Origin: an uncultured Bdellovibrionales bacterium | GTDB taxonomy: Bacteria > Patescibacteriota > Minisyncoccia > Moranbacterales > UBA1568 | Reading direction: 5' to 3' | Length of the DNA: 64,000 nt | NCBI GenBank assembly: GCA_964580285.1 | Contig: CAZOKB010000003.1 | Span: 31,403-95,402 of the forward strand | In this document: positions 37,746 to 47,663 of the stretch, in pieces | Position numbering within the stretch: position 1 is the first letter of the stretch | Layout: each line of letters begins with the position of its first letter | The notes under the pieces: model-generated | Told to the model about the DNA's origin: nothing | Database searches by the model: none | Seen by the model: only the letters and a program-made list of their open reading frames with translations | Position numbers and translations under genes: made by a program

Positions 37746-39563
37746 ATGTTTCGTATCCTCCTTGCCTGTATCATTGTCCTCTACCTCGGCTTCGGCACTT
37801 TTCAGCTCGGCCACTTCATCACGGCCGATGAACACTACTGGATATATGAACGCATCCCTGCCTACTTCGATGCTGTATACCACGGTGCATGGAAAAAAAC
37901 CTTGGTGAGTGACAAGCCTGGCATCACCCTGGCCTTAGTTTCTGGCCCAGCCCTTTTTTTCTTCGAAGATCCTTCCTCCCTCTGCACCGAACACCCTGAT
38001 CGCTCGCTCACCTGTGATACGCAACAATCCACGGCCCTTCTGTTCGCGTTTCGTCTCCCTCTCCTACTCATCAACGCCTTACTCATTGTTCTCTTAGCGC
38101 TTGTCATGCGTCGCCTCACCGATGCGCCTATCGCCCTCACTGCCACCACTCTGATCGCTACCGCTCCCATTCTCCTCGGCATCTCTCAGATCTCGAATCC
38201 CGATGCCCTGCTCTGGTCGACTGGATCTCTGGCTCTCTTTACCTATCTTGCCTGGCTCAAAACCGAAGAAAAAAAATACCTCCTCTTTTCGATACTCGCC
38301 TTTGGCTTTGCCCTGCTTTCTAAATATGCCGCACTCGCTTTACTCCTCTTTTTCTTTTTCGCCCTTCTACTCTTCTTTGTTTTTGAAACCTCCCTTGAAA
38401 CCCCCGGCTTGGCTCGTTCCTTTCGTACACACCTCCTGGCTTGGCTCGCGCTCCTCCTGGGTGCCTCCCTCATTTTCCTGCTCTTCCTGCCAGCCACCTA
38501 CACCCACACGAGTAGTTTTCTAAAAGTACTCGGGGCAGGCCTCCCTCATTTTCCTTCTTTTCTGTTATGGATAGCCGGCGGCGGATTCGCCATACTACTC
38601 GGTGATACGTTTCTCAATCACAACCGCGGCCTCCTCTTGTTCCGCGCCTTCTGGAAAAAATATCCGCAGGCAGGGCTTCATCCCTTTCCTCTCATTGCAC
38701 TCACCCTGGTTCTCCTGGGTGCTCATTGGTTCACTCCTCACTGGTCTCTTTTTTCTACCATTCCCTTCGATATCAAGGATCTCACCAATGCTCGCTACTA
38801 CACCGCACCGCTCAACTTTTATGAAAAGCTTCTCCTCGAATGGTCTCCCTTCATCTTCTCGCTCACCCCACTCACCTTCATCGGCCTCATCTTGGCCTGG
38901 CTCCCAGAACGCATCAAAAAAAATGTGGCGTATCGATTTGAAATCAACACCCTTTCTTTGATTATCATTTACTATATCCTTGCCCTGATCGCCGCCAATA
39001 CTCTGGCTACCCCACGCTACCTCATTCTGCTCTATCCGCTCGCCGCCTTCATTGCTGCTATCGGACTCGTACAAACCATACGGGTCTTGAGTCAACATTC
39101 CGAGCGTCTACTCTCTTCTGTATGGCCATGGGGATTACTCCTGGTGTCCCTCGTACCCCTCTTCTCCTCACGCCCCTACTTTCTCAGTTATGCCAATGCC
39201 CTCCTCCCGGCTCACTTTGCTTTCGCTGATGCCTGGGGGCAGGGCGGCGCGGCGGCGGCTGATTACTTAAACTCACTCCCCGATGCCGAACACCTGACTG
39301 TGTGGTCTGATTATTACGGCGTTTGCGAATTTTTTGTTGGTCGCTGTCTCACTGCCTATACCTTTGATCCCGTCCTCATTCATCCGGACTACTATGTGCT
39401 CACTCGCCGAGGTCAGATTCGCTTCCTGTCACGCGCGGATCGCTGGGAACGCCTCTCTGGACTCCAAGCTGCTGATTACTACACACGCTCCGATCCCGAC
39501 TGGCAGCTCTTCATTCAAAAGAAACCCGATAACTTCGTAAAAGTATTCCGGGTCACCTACTAA
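37746..39563 (+). CDS. GT-C-fold glycosyltransferase, ArnT/PMT family, paralog 2
   Basis: 605 aa, collinear with paralog 1 (…ADEHYW.YERIPAY…KKT…DKPGIT.AL…), including the C-terminal domain. Confidence 0.55.
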   Translation: MFRILLACIIVLYLGFGTFQLGHFITADEHYWIYERIPAYFDAVYHGAWKKTLVSDKPGITLALVSGPALFFFEDPSSLCTEHPDRSLTCDTQQSTALLFAFRLPLLLINALLIVLLALVMRRLTDAPIALTATTLIATAPILLGISQISNPDALLWSTGSLALFTYLAWLKTEEKKYLLFSILAFGFALLSKYAALALLLFFFFALLLFFVFETSLETPGLARSFRTHLLAWLALLLGASLIFLLFLPATYTHTSSFLKVLGAGLPHFPSFLLWIAGGGFAILLGDTFLNHNRGLLLFRAFWKKYPQAGLHPFPLIALTLVLLGAHWFTPHWSLFSTIPFDIKDLTNARYYTAPLNFYEKLLLEWSPFIFSLTPLTFIGLILAWLPERIKKNVAYRFEINTLSLIIIYYILALIAANTLATPRYLILLYPLAAFIAAIGLVQTIRVLSQHSERLLSSVWPWGLLLVSLVPLFSSRPYFLSYANALLPAHFAFADAWGQGGAAAADYLNSLPDAEHLTVWSDYYGVCEFFVGRCLTAYTFDPVLIHPDYYVLTRRGQIRFLSRADRWERLSGLQAADYYTRSDPDWQLFIQKKPDNFVKVFRVTY

Positions 39564-39576
39564 TCTGTTCTGCCAT

Positions 39577-39610
39577 AGAAAAAAGGATGGCTACCCATCC
39601 TTTTTTTTTC
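39577..39610. terminator. bidirectional rho-independent terminator
   Basis: aaaaaaggatgg-ctac-ccatcc followed by 9 T. Lies between convergent genes. Confidence 0.65.
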
Positions 39611-39651
39611 ATACCCATTTGTTTCTGCTACGAAGTGCTTTTAGAAAAACA

Positions 39652-40503
39652 CTATTGGAGAGCCTTCTCCACCACTGGAGCCATATCTTTGTAGCTATAG
39701 GCGCCACCAAAATTCGTAGTATTCACAAAAAAGCTTGGTGTCCCCTTGAAACCAAATTGCTGAGCAATCGCCATATCGCTCGTCAGACGATCCTTATATT
39801 TTCCGCTTTCGAGGCAAGCTTTCATGTCATCAGCCTTCACCGCGCTCTTCAAGAAGTCCGCCATGTCTCCGGCCTTAGCAACATCATTCTTCACCTGCTC
39901 ATTCATAAGTTTGAAGCCCGCTTCTGACATCAGAAGATCGTGTACTTCCCAAAATTTCCCCTTCTCTTTGGCACAGTAGAGAGCTTGCGTACCGAGCTCA
40001 CCATTACCATGCCCATTGGCATAGAGCCACACAAAAGCTGCTTTACCCGCATCTACCAATTTCTTCATTTCCGGTACGGGCGGAAGATACGTGCCTCCAT
40101 CCTTCGCCATCGTAAACTGGGCTCCTGCCTGCTTATTCAGGTTAGGATTCTTTCCGCTGGCCACGTGACAATACGGGCAGCTCGGATCACTGAACTCCAC
40201 GAAGAGCACCTTGCTGTCCTTTTTCCCAAAGGTGATATTTTTCTCCGTAAAGAGTGCTTTCACCTGATCCAGAGTCACTTTAGCAGCGTCTCCCGGCTGG
40301 GCTGCCGCCTGGTCTGCTGTTGTATTAGCAGTGGTGGCTACCGACTTCACTACTTTAGTGGAAATATAGGCCAAGGTACCAGAGATAATAAGGCAACCCA
40401 AGAGCACCGCGCCCGCAATTGTTAACGCGTCCTTGCTGGCCGACATCGATTCAACGGTTGTGACCTTCGGCGTTGTCTGGCTCTCCGTCTGATTTTCTTC
40501 CAT
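39652..40503 (-). CDS. DsbA-like thiol:disulfide oxidoreductase, membrane-anchored
   Basis: N-terminal TM helix, thioredoxin fold with CPYC active site. Confidence 0.7.
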   Translation of the reverse strand: MEENQTESQTTPKVTTVESMSASKDALTIAGAVLLGCLIISGTLAYISTKVVKSVATTANTTADQAAAQPGDAAKVTLDQVKALFTEKNITFGKKDSKVLFVEFSDPSCPYCHVASGKNPNLNKQAGAQFTMAKDGGTYLPPVPEMKKLVDAGKAAFVWLYANGHGNGELGTQALYCAKEKGKFWEVHDLLMSEAGFKLMNEQVKNDVAKAGDMADFLKSAVKADDMKACLESGKYKDRLTSDMAIAQQFGFKGTPSFFVNTTNFGGAYSYKDMAPVVEKALQ

Positions 40504-40552
40504 ACTTTTCCGTTAAGACTGATTACTTGGGACAGTATACCTTAATTTCCGG

Positions 40553-40582
40553 GATGATAAAAGACCATCCTTTTGGATGGCC
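40553..40582 (-). terminator. terminator of typA
   Basis: ccatcc-tttt-ggatgg hairpin, with TCTTTTAT on the minus strand after the stem. Confidence 0.5.
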
Positions 40583-40607
40583 TTTTGTTGCTCTATCAAA
40601 GCATTAC

Positions 40608-42395
40608 CTACTTCTTCCGGCCAGCACGGACACGATCAGTCTCGGTGAGGAGTTGCTTGCGGAGCCGAGTAGAAAGCGGTGTCACCTCAAGGTATTCATC
40701 CTCATTCATAATTTCGAGTGCACGCTCAATTGTGAGCTCCCACGGCGGTGTGAGCTTAATGGCTTCATCAGCACCGGATGAACGCATATTGCTCATAGCC
40801 TTCCCCTTGATCGGATTCACAGCCATATCCGCTCCCTTAATGGCGTTGCCCACCACCATACCCTCATACACCTCGGTACTCGGTGCGATATAGAGCGTAC
40901 CGCGCTCCTGCAAATTGTTGAGCGAGAAAGCCAGCGCCTTGCCGGTAGCCATCGAGATCATCGAGCCAACATCGCGGTGCTTAATATCTCCAGCATACGG
41001 TCGAAAACCGAGCACTCGAGAATACAGCGTCCCTTCCCCTTTGGTATCAATCGTGAATTCACCTCGATAGCCGAGGAGTCCGCGTGTCGGCACTTCAAAA
41101 ATCAACCGTTGATATCCGCCCGAACCCTCTTTCATTTCCATCATCACGCCCTTACGCTTCCCGAGCTTCTCAATCACGCTCCCGGTAACCTCCATCGGGC
41201 ATTCCACTGTTACTTCCTCGTACGGTTCGGATTTCTCTCCGTCTACTTCCTTGATAATCACCTGTGGTTGAGACACCTGCACTTCATACCCTTCCCGGCG
41301 CATGTTCTCCAAGAGAATCGCTACGTGGAGCTCACCCCGACCATACACTTTATACGAGCCATCAAAAAAATCAATCTTGAGGCCGACATTGATTTCGAGT
41401 TCTTTTTCCAAGCGTTCACGCAGCTGCTTATTGGTCACGAACTTACCTTCACGGCCCGCAAAAGGTGAGTCATTCACCAAAAAATTGAGCGAGATCGTTG
41501 GTTCATCAATCGCAATAGCCGGCAGATTGTCTTGTTCCGGAGAAAACGCAATCGTATCACCAATCTCAACGGTCGGGAATCCAGCAATCATGACAATATC
41601 ACCCGCCTCTACCTCGGTAGCCTCTACGCGCTCCATGCCTCGGAAGGTAAAGAGTTTGACTACCCGCGCCTGATCACACTTGCCGCTGGCGTTCTTGATA
41701 TACACCGGATCATTCACTTTCATCTTCCCCTCATACATGCGGGCAATAGCCAAACGGCCAACAAAATTATCGTACCCCAGATTAAATGGCTGCGCGCGCA
41801 GTGGCTTATCCGTTTCATGACCAGCCGGTTCAATGCGCTCAATAATCGTATCCAAGAGCGGATCCAGGTTCTTCCGCTCATCGTTCAGTTCGTGCATAGC
41901 CACGCCTTCACGGCCAATCGCATACACGACCGGAAACTCCAGCTGCTCATCGGTTGCTCCAAGATCCAAAAAGAGTTCGAAGACCATTTCTTTCACCTCT
42001 TCTGGCCGAGCTGCTGGCTTATCAATCTTATTGAGCACCACAATCGGCTTAAGGCCCAGTTCCAAAGACTTCTTGAGGACAAAGCGCGTCTGCGGCATCG
42101 GTCCTTCTTGAGCATCGACCACGAGAATCACATCATCAATCGAACGCAGTACCCGCTCTACTTCCGAACCGAAGTCGGCATGCCCTGGGGTATCCACGAT
42201 ATTGATCTTGGTATCTTTATAAAAAATCGAGCCATTCTTGGCATAAATCGTAATCCCTCGTTCCCGCTCCAGGGCATTCGAGTCCATCGAAACGCTCTCG
42301 TCCGATACCATGCCGGTCTGACGCATCAAGGCATCCGTTAGCGTGGTCTTACCATGGTCAACGTGAGCGATGATAGCGATATTGCGAGTTTCCAT
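40608..42395 (-). CDS. typA: translational GTPase TypA/BipA
   Basis: [13 protein letters not shown]…DTPGHADF…NKID, EF-G-like domains, 595 aa. Collinear with BipA. Confidence 0.9.
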   Translation of the reverse strand: METRNIAIIAHVDHGKTTLTDALMRQTGMVSDESVSMDSNALERERGITIYAKNGSIFYKDTKINIVDTPGHADFGSEVERVLRSIDDVILVVDAQEGPMPQTRFVLKKSLELGLKPIVVLNKIDKPAARPEEVKEMVFELFLDLGATDEQLEFPVVYAIGREGVAMHELNDERKNLDPLLDTIIERIEPAGHETDKPLRAQPFNLGYDNFVGRLAIARMYEGKMKVNDPVYIKNASGKCDQARVVKLFTFRGMERVEATEVEAGDIVMIAGFPTVEIGDTIAFSPEQDNLPAIAIDEPTISLNFLVNDSPFAGREGKFVTNKQLRERLEKELEINVGLKIDFFDGSYKVYGRGELHVAILLENMRREGYEVQVSQPQVIIKEVDGEKSEPYEEVTVECPMEVTGSVIEKLGKRKGVMMEMKEGSGGYQRLIFEVPTRGLLGYRGEFTIDTKGEGTLYSRVLGFRPYAGDIKHRDVGSMISMATGKALAFSLNNLQERGTLYIAPSTEVYEGMVVGNAIKGADMAVNPIKGKAMSNMRSSGADEAIKLTPPWELTIERALEIMNEDEYLEVTPLSTRLRKQLLTETDRVRAGRKK

Positions 42396-42572
42396 ACGTA
42401 GCGAAGATTATGTAACAAAAAAGAGTCCAAAAAAAGGCGTCACCGCCTTATCACTTTGCCCATCTAGTATACCGATTTTTCATCTCTCGGTCAACCCTCT
42501 GTATACACCCTCGTTCGAGAAAAGAAAAAGCGCTGACCAAGGATTCTGGTCAACGCTGCTGGCCCAAAAAGC

Positions 42573-43019
42573 TCAGTGGGGCTGCTTCACCGCCGCAGAA
42601 GGGAAAAGCGTGTAGGCAATGAGTGCTGAAAGCCCCAGGGCCTCGTCTAGAAACCAGTCACGCTGATCTCGTGAATATTCCCAAAAAGAGTTCTCGAAAA
42701 ACATCTGAGCAGTTTCAAAAAAGCACTGTCCACTCTCCGAAAGCACTCCTTCCACGGATTCAGAACGGAATACCGAAAGCTCTTCCTGGGACTCAAAAAT
42801 CGCCGAGACAATAGTTTCCAGATTTTCGTCTTTCACTAAATCGAGCTCGATCGAAGCATCAAGAAATTTACCGACTATACCAAGAAATACTATCAAGCTC
42901 TCCGGAATATCCCCGTATCCTTTCCTGGGTTCCCAGGGTATCTTCATCCGCTGCATGAGGGCATTGATAATGTGCCGACTCGAGTCGTGCACAAACACCA
43001 CTCCGATACTGGTTCTCAT
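42573..43019 (-). CDS. hypothetical acidic protein (148 aa)
   Basis: AAGGAG RBS. No recognisable domain. Sits just outside the left island boundary. Confidence 0.45.
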   Translation of the reverse strand: MRTSIGVVFVHDSSRHIINALMQRMKIPWEPRKGYGDIPESLIVFLGIVGKFLDASIELDLVKDENLETIVSAIFESQEELSVFRSESVEGVLSESGQCFFETAQMFFENSFWEYSRDQRDWFLDEALGLSALIAYTLFPSAAVKQPH

Positions 43020-43176
43020 GGGTTTCTCCTTCTCTTTCTAAAGTTCTAAAGGACTGAACCATACATACTGGGAGAAACTTGACGATTTGTCAAGTTCTTT
43101 TTATTCGTTCCAATCTCTGGATATTAGTTTTGTTGCTCATTCGAAACTCTCGGGTCACCCTCGATACTATGAGCTT

Positions 43177-43197
43177 GATGCGGAAGAGGAGATTCGG
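43177..43197. repeat. direct repeat of the tRNA-Ser 3' end (att-like), left boundary of island
   Basis: GATGCGGAAGAGGAG-ATTCG here versus GATGCGGAAGAGGAG-GG-ATTCG at 59970-59993: 15-nt exact match plus 5 further nt. Confidence 0.55.
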
Positions 43198-43473
43198 TCA
43201 CAGATAATCCGTTCGCCGTCGCGACCGGATTTCCGCGACCCCGACCGCGGTTCGACGTGCTTGTCGAACATCGCTCCGTCTTTCTCATCCCTCACGGAAG
43301 TGAAGCCCTGCCTGCCGGTAGGCAAGAGTTGATTTCCTCTCTTTCTCCGTTCACTCCATTCACTGCGGGCGTCATCGGTCTAGAACTTTGAGAAATCAAG
43401 CCGTTGAGGGATTTCTTGGAGGTCTTGGCCGACGGGTGAATTGGACTGCTCGGGTCGCGGTTTGGGGGGGGTA

Positions 43474-43553
43474 AAACGAGACAAATGAGACACAGGACAG
43501 ACCTTGTCTCATTTTAACATTTGAGACAGTAATATGTCTCGTTTAATCAATTG
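43474..43553. promoter_or_regulatory. cluster of nested inverted repeats built on GAGACA/TGTCTC at island edge
   Basis: Outer aaacgagaca…tgtctcgttt (10 bp), inner atgagaca…tgtctcat and tgagaca-gtaata-tgtctc. tcaattga palindrome at the stop of the cupredoxin gene. Confidence 0.4.
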
Positions 43554-44122
43554 ATGACAATCTTCCCTCGCATCTCCATATGCCCCTCTCCACACCAGAC
43601 CGAGCAGAAAAACTCAAATGTGCCTACCTTGCTAGCCACAAACTCCACAACCGCTCCATCTTCAGGAACATCTTGGTTCACTCCTAGATCAGGAATAACA
43701 AGACCGTGCTTCACATCGGCGTTATGGATGATGAGTCTTACCAGTTCACCTTTCTTGGCGGTAATAGTGGCAGGCTCCCACACATATTGTCTTGCTCCCA
43801 TATGGATAGTACGTTCCGTTCTTCCATTGACGACTTCCGTGCTCGGAGAAGGGAAACTTTCGAAATCTGATGACTTCTCCTTCGAAAGAAGATCGGGAGG
43901 AGAAGTTTTTGGAACAATCGACGTCTGGTCGCTACTCGAGGAACTACTTTCTAGTTTTTCGGTTACTTGTTGACTTATAGAAGGGGTCTCTGATATTCGT
44001 GTTTCTTTTGAAGACTGAGGAGATTCATCGGTATTTTTGGAAGATAGCGATTTATAAACCCACCATGAAACACCCTCCATAAGAGCGAAAATGACAACAA
44101 AAATGACGATGATTTTCTTCAT
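43547..44122 (-). CDS. membrane-anchored cupredoxin with CuA-type (COX2-like) binuclear copper motif
   Basis: N-terminal TM helix. H…C-x3-C-G-x2-H-x2-M pattern (HGLV…FFCSVWCGEGHMEM). No COX1 partner nearby. Confidence 0.6.
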   Translation of the reverse strand: MKKIIVIFVVIFALMEGVSWWVYKSLSSKNTDESPQSSKETRISETPSISQQVTEKLESSSSSSDQTSIVPKTSPPDLLSKEKSSDFESFPSPSTEVVNGRTERTIHMGARQYVWEPATITAKKGELVRLIIHNADVKHGLVIPDLGVNQDVPEDGAVVEFVASKVGTFEFFCSVWCGEGHMEMRGKIVIN

Positions 44123-44142
44123 AGCACTTATCTCGGCTAGAC

Positions 44143-46239
44143 CTAGAGTTCCGATTCAACTCTTTTAAGCAATACCGCATTCGTTGCAACAATGATAGAT
44201 GAAACACTCATGAGAAGAGCCGCAAATTCTGGCCGAAGCATAATGCCAAAATTTGGATACAAAATTCCACCGGCGACCGGTATGGCGAGAATATTGTAGA
44301 TCGAAGCCCAAAAAAGATTTTGCTTCATCTTGCGAACGGTCGCCTTACTTAGGGTTATGGCTCGGAGTATATCCATTGGATCAGACTTCATTAGTACCAC
44401 TTTCGCTGTCTCGATCGCGACATCCGTACCGGCACCAATTGCAATACCGACATCCGACTGAGCCAATGCTGGAGCATCATTAATGCCGTCTCCTACCATC
44501 GCTGTAAATTTCCCTTCCTTTTGGAGTGATTCAACATAGCGAGCTTTGTCTTCAGGGAAGACTTCCGCAAACAGGCGGCCGATGCCCAGCTTTTTTCCAA
44601 TGACCTCAACCGTTTTCTGATTGTCGCCACTAATAAGGGCTACTTCGATCCCGAGCTGCTTCATCCCATCAATAGCCTGTTTGGCTGTTGCCTTGATGGG
44701 ATCAGTGACCACGATGGCACCAGCTGCTTTTTTATCGACGGCTATGAACATGAGTGTTTTCCCTTCAGCCTCAAGCGGCTTTACCCGCACCTCGATACCT
44801 CCCAAGGGAACGTTTCGAAGAGCTAGAAGCTTCCGCGTCCCGATCGATACCGCTTGCCCATCGATCCGAGCCTCGATACCGTGTCCGGCGAGAGACAGGA
44901 AGTTCTCTACCGTCTGCGTCAAAGCGATTCCTCTCGATTCCGCCTCGCCGATAATCGCTCGCGCGAGCGGATGATTGGAACGCATTTCCGTTACCGCAGC
45001 CACAGCAAGCAATTGTTCCTCTGAGAAACCGTTAGAGACAATCACATCTGTTACTTTCGGCTTTCCTTCAGTGAGCGTACCAGTTTTGTCGAGTACGATG
45101 GCCTGGATCTTTGAAACCTGTTCAAGAGTCGGGGCATCTTTGATGAGGATATTATGCTTGGCACCAAGACCCGTTCCTACCGCTACGGCAGTCGGAGTTG
45201 CTAATCCCAGCGCGTCCGGACAGGCAATTACAACCGTAGCAATCGCGAAGGAGAGCGCCAAGAGAAATGGTGAGCCGACGATAAAATACCAGATAATAAA
45301 AACAAGGAGGCCCGACCCGATAGCTCCGATGACTAAGTATTTTGCGAACCTATCGGCGATTCTTTGCCCAGGGGACTTTGAGTTCTGAGCTGTTTCTACC
45401 AATTTCATGATCTGCGCGAGAGCTGTTTCATCACCCACCTTCGTGGCTCGGAAACGGAGTGAACCGTTCTGATTGATGGAGCCGCCCACGACAACATCAC
45501 CTGGTTTTTTTGTCACCGGAAGGGATTCTCCCGTTACCAACGATTCATCAACGGCCGATTCTCCTTCGGATACTTCGCCGTCCACCGGTATCTTGTCACC
45601 AGGCTTCAAAAGGAGCATATCTCCCACTTTGACTTCGCTGGTCGGCACAAGCTCTTCTTTGTCATCACGAATGATACGAGCTTGAGGAGGCACAAGGTTG
45701 AGGATGGCTCTCAGTGCGTCTGTTGTTCCTCGACGGGATTTCATTTCCATCCAGTGACCAAAAAGGACGAAGGTGATAAGCATGGCCGCCGCTTCGTAAT
45801 AGGAATCAGTGCCACCGATCAGAGTCAGCAAAACACTGAAGCCATAGGCTGCCGTGATACCAACCGCAATAAGCACGGCCATGTTCAGGGTCCTATTCTT
45901 CAACGCAAAATACGTCGAGTAGAGGAAAATCCAACCAGAATAAAAGAAGACTGGCGTGGTAAGAAGGAAAAGAAGCCACGGCAGCGGGAGTGGAGACGGA
46001 AGATTGAGACCAAGAAATTCTGTACCGAGGGGCGAGTAGAGAATGATCGGTATGGTGAATATGAGTGCGAAGAAGAACTTGCTTCGAATGTCTATTTCCA
46101 TGAGGCGAGCCATTTCCCGTCCGGCCAGTCCGGTATGATCCATGCCCATGGTCATCGACATGCTCATTTTGAACTTCGCCCAAAAACCCATCTGAGTCAT
46201 GTCATGAGGAACATGACCAGCGTGTTGACTATGATCCAT
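44143..46239 (-). CDS. P1B-type heavy-metal ATPase with His/Met-rich N-terminus and CPD transmembrane motif, no HMA domain
   Basis: [23 protein letters not shown]6 motif reads [14 protein letters not shown]-terminus MDHSQHAGHVPHDMTQM…. Confidence 0.85.
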   Translation of the reverse strand: MDHSQHAGHVPHDMTQMGFWAKFKMSMSMTMGMDHTGLAGREMARLMEIDIRSKFFFALIFTIPIILYSPLGTEFLGLNLPSPLPLPWLLFLLTTPVFFYSGWIFLYSTYFALKNRTLNMAVLIAVGITAAYGFSVLLTLIGGTDSYYEAAAMLITFVLFGHWMEMKSRRGTTDALRAILNLVPPQARIIRDDKEELVPTSEVKVGDMLLLKPGDKIPVDGEVSEGESAVDESLVTGESLPVTKKPGDVVVGGSINQNGSLRFRATKVGDETALAQIMKLVETAQNSKSPGQRIADRFAKYLVIGAIGSGLLVFIIWYFIVGSPFLLALSFAIATVVIACPDALGLATPTAVAVGTGLGAKHNILIKDAPTLEQVSKIQAIVLDKTGTLTEGKPKVTDVIVSNGFSEEQLLAVAAVTEMRSNHPLARAIIGEAESRGIALTQTVENFLSLAGHGIEARIDGQAVSIGTRKLLALRNVPLGGIEVRVKPLEAEGKTLMFIAVDKKAAGAIVVTDPIKATAKQAIDGMKQLGIEVALISGDNQKTVEVIGKKLGIGRLFAEVFPEDKARYVESLQKEGKFTAMVGDGINDAPALAQSDVGIAIGAGTDVAIETAKVVLMKSDPMDILRAITLSKATVRKMKQNLFWASIYNILAIPVAGGILYPNFGIMLRPEFAALLMSVSSIIVATNAVLLKRVESEL

Positions 46240-46241
46240 AA

Positions 46242-46448
46242 TTATTTATGTTCACTATTATGCCCATGACCCTTATGCATGAATAAGTGCATCAGCGGAC
46301 ACAAGAGAAGAACCAGGTACGGCAGTACTGAAAAGACATGCGACGTATGATTTCTTAAAAGAAATACTAGTCCGACCAAACCAATAATCAAAATAACTAG
46401 CCATGTCTTTCGAGAAAATGTTTCGGTCTGTTCCATACATTTGAACAA
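46242..46448 (-). CDS. DUF2933-like small membrane protein
   Basis: LLCPLMHLFMHKGHGH tail typical of DUF2933 proteins found next to metal ATPases. Confidence 0.5.
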   Translation of the reverse strand: MFKCMEQTETFSRKTWLVILIIGLVGLVFLLRNHTSHVFSVLPYLVLLLCPLMHLFMHKGHGHNSEHK

Positions 46449-46453
46449 AGGAA

Positions 46454-46675
46454 TTACACAAGCTCTCCGCGCTTCTCAAGCATCATATGGTGAATCGTCC
46501 CTACTTGAAGCCAGATGGCGATGAGAATGAGAATCCCGGCACACAGCAGAGCATCTATTTTTGTGATCCCAAAAACTCTATTATCGGCACCACCCAGTAC
46601 TGCCGCCAAGAATGAAATGACTCCCACAAAGCCCACCATAACACTGACAACATGCATTAATTTTGATAGCTTCAT
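46454..46675 (-). CDS. small two-TM membrane protein, hypothetical
   Basis: 73 aa, two hydrophobic helices. Confidence 0.4.
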   Translation of the reverse strand: MKLSKLMHVVSVMVGFVGVISFLAAVLGGADNRVFGITKIDALLCAGILILIAIWLQVGTIHHMMLEKRGELV

Positions 46676-46693
46676 ATTTTTGAATTGATTGGT

Positions 46694-47086
46694 TTATAAA
46701 AGAGAATCGACCACTTTCTTGAGTTTTGCTTCAACTTCAACCGCAATGCCAGATAGAGTGGGGTTTTCGATCATACTCATAGCCACTGTCGGAAGAACTG
46801 CCGATACAAATATTTTTCCGCCTTCTTCATACACGATAACATTGCAGGGCAAAAAGAGTCCTATTTCTTTTTCACTTTTTAGAGCCTGGAAAGCGAATGG
46901 CGGATTGCACGCCCCGAGAATAAGGTAATTTTCATACTCAACGTCCAGTTTTTTCTTGAGTGTCGCCTTCACATCGATTTCCGTAAGTACGCCAAACCCC
47001 TCCTTTGAGAGCTCTGCTTTCACTTTTGAAACCGCATCAACAAAAGAAAGAGATACTTCACGCTTATACCCGTATTTCATAGTCAT
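46694..47086 (-). CDS. DUF302-domain protein
   Basis: Start MTMKYGYK. G.FGVLTEIDVKATLKKKL…YLILGACNP pattern of DUF302. Confidence 0.6.
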   Translation of the reverse strand: MTMKYGYKREVSLSFVDAVSKVKAELSKEGFGVLTEIDVKATLKKKLDVEYENYLILGACNPPFAFQALKSEKEIGLFLPCNVIVYEEGGKIFVSAVLPTVAMSMIENPTLSGIAVEVEAKLKKVVDSLL

Positions 47087-47090
47087 TACG

Positions 47091-47339
47091 TTACGAGTTA
47101 AGATCTTTTTTCTTCGACTCAAATTCCTCCTTATCTATTTCCCCCTTGGCGTAGCGCTCCTTCAGGATATCTAATGCTGTGTTACTACCCCTCCTCCCTT
47201 CCGATCCTTGATTGGCAAGCCACTGAACGAAGGCGATGATGCCCCAAATAATGAACGCCCAAAAGGCAATCATTATGATCCATCCAAAAATCATTCCGAA
47301 TGATCCCAACCCGTATCCATAACCCCAGTTACCCATCAT
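47091..47339 (-). CDS. SHOCT-domain small membrane protein
   Basis: Two TM helices, then [26 protein letters not shown] (SHOCT motif). Confidence 0.6.
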   Translation of the reverse strand: MMGNWGYGYGLGSFGMIFGWIIMIAFWAFIIWGIIAFVQWLANQGSEGRRGSNTALDILKERYAKGEIDKEEFESKKKDLNS

Positions 47340-47363
47340 ATGTCTTCACCTCCTTTCTTATGG

Positions 47364-47663
47364 TTACTTGTCATACGATTTCACCAATTCGATTATTTCT
47401 TCAAGCAACTTCTTTGATAGCTTGCTCTTTTTCAACTGAGAAGCGCTCTTGAGCCTTTCTTCAACATAACTCTGGATAATCCTTCTCTGGACGCTCCGCA
47501 GAAGCCCGAGAATCGCTGCATTCATCTGAAGCAAATCAATCGGTGGTCTTTTTTCTTCTAGCATCATAAGGACTTTCCGAATGTTGCTCGAGGCTTTTTT
47601 CAAACTGATTAGTACCTTCTTGTCCATATTTGAGCCATCAGAATTATTCTGAAACCGGTGCAT
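47364..47663 (-). CDS. CsoR/RcnR/FrmR-family (DUF156)-like repressor lacking canonical Cys/His ligands
   Basis: KKVLISLKKASSNIRKVLMMLEE…IDLLQMNAAILGLLRSV aligns with the CsoR helix pattern. The ligand positions are Pro/Ser/Tyr. Confidence 0.4.
   Translation of the reverse strand: MHRFQNNSDGSNMDKKVLISLKKASSNIRKVLMMLEEKRPPIDLLQMNAAILGLLRSVQRRIIQSYVEERLKSASQLKKSKLSKKLLEEIIELVKSYDK

Noticed and set aside
43087-43332. 81-aa plus-strand ORF spanning the att-like repeat
   Set aside because: It has no RBS and low-complexity composition. It lies in a non-coding boundary region, so it is probably not a gene.
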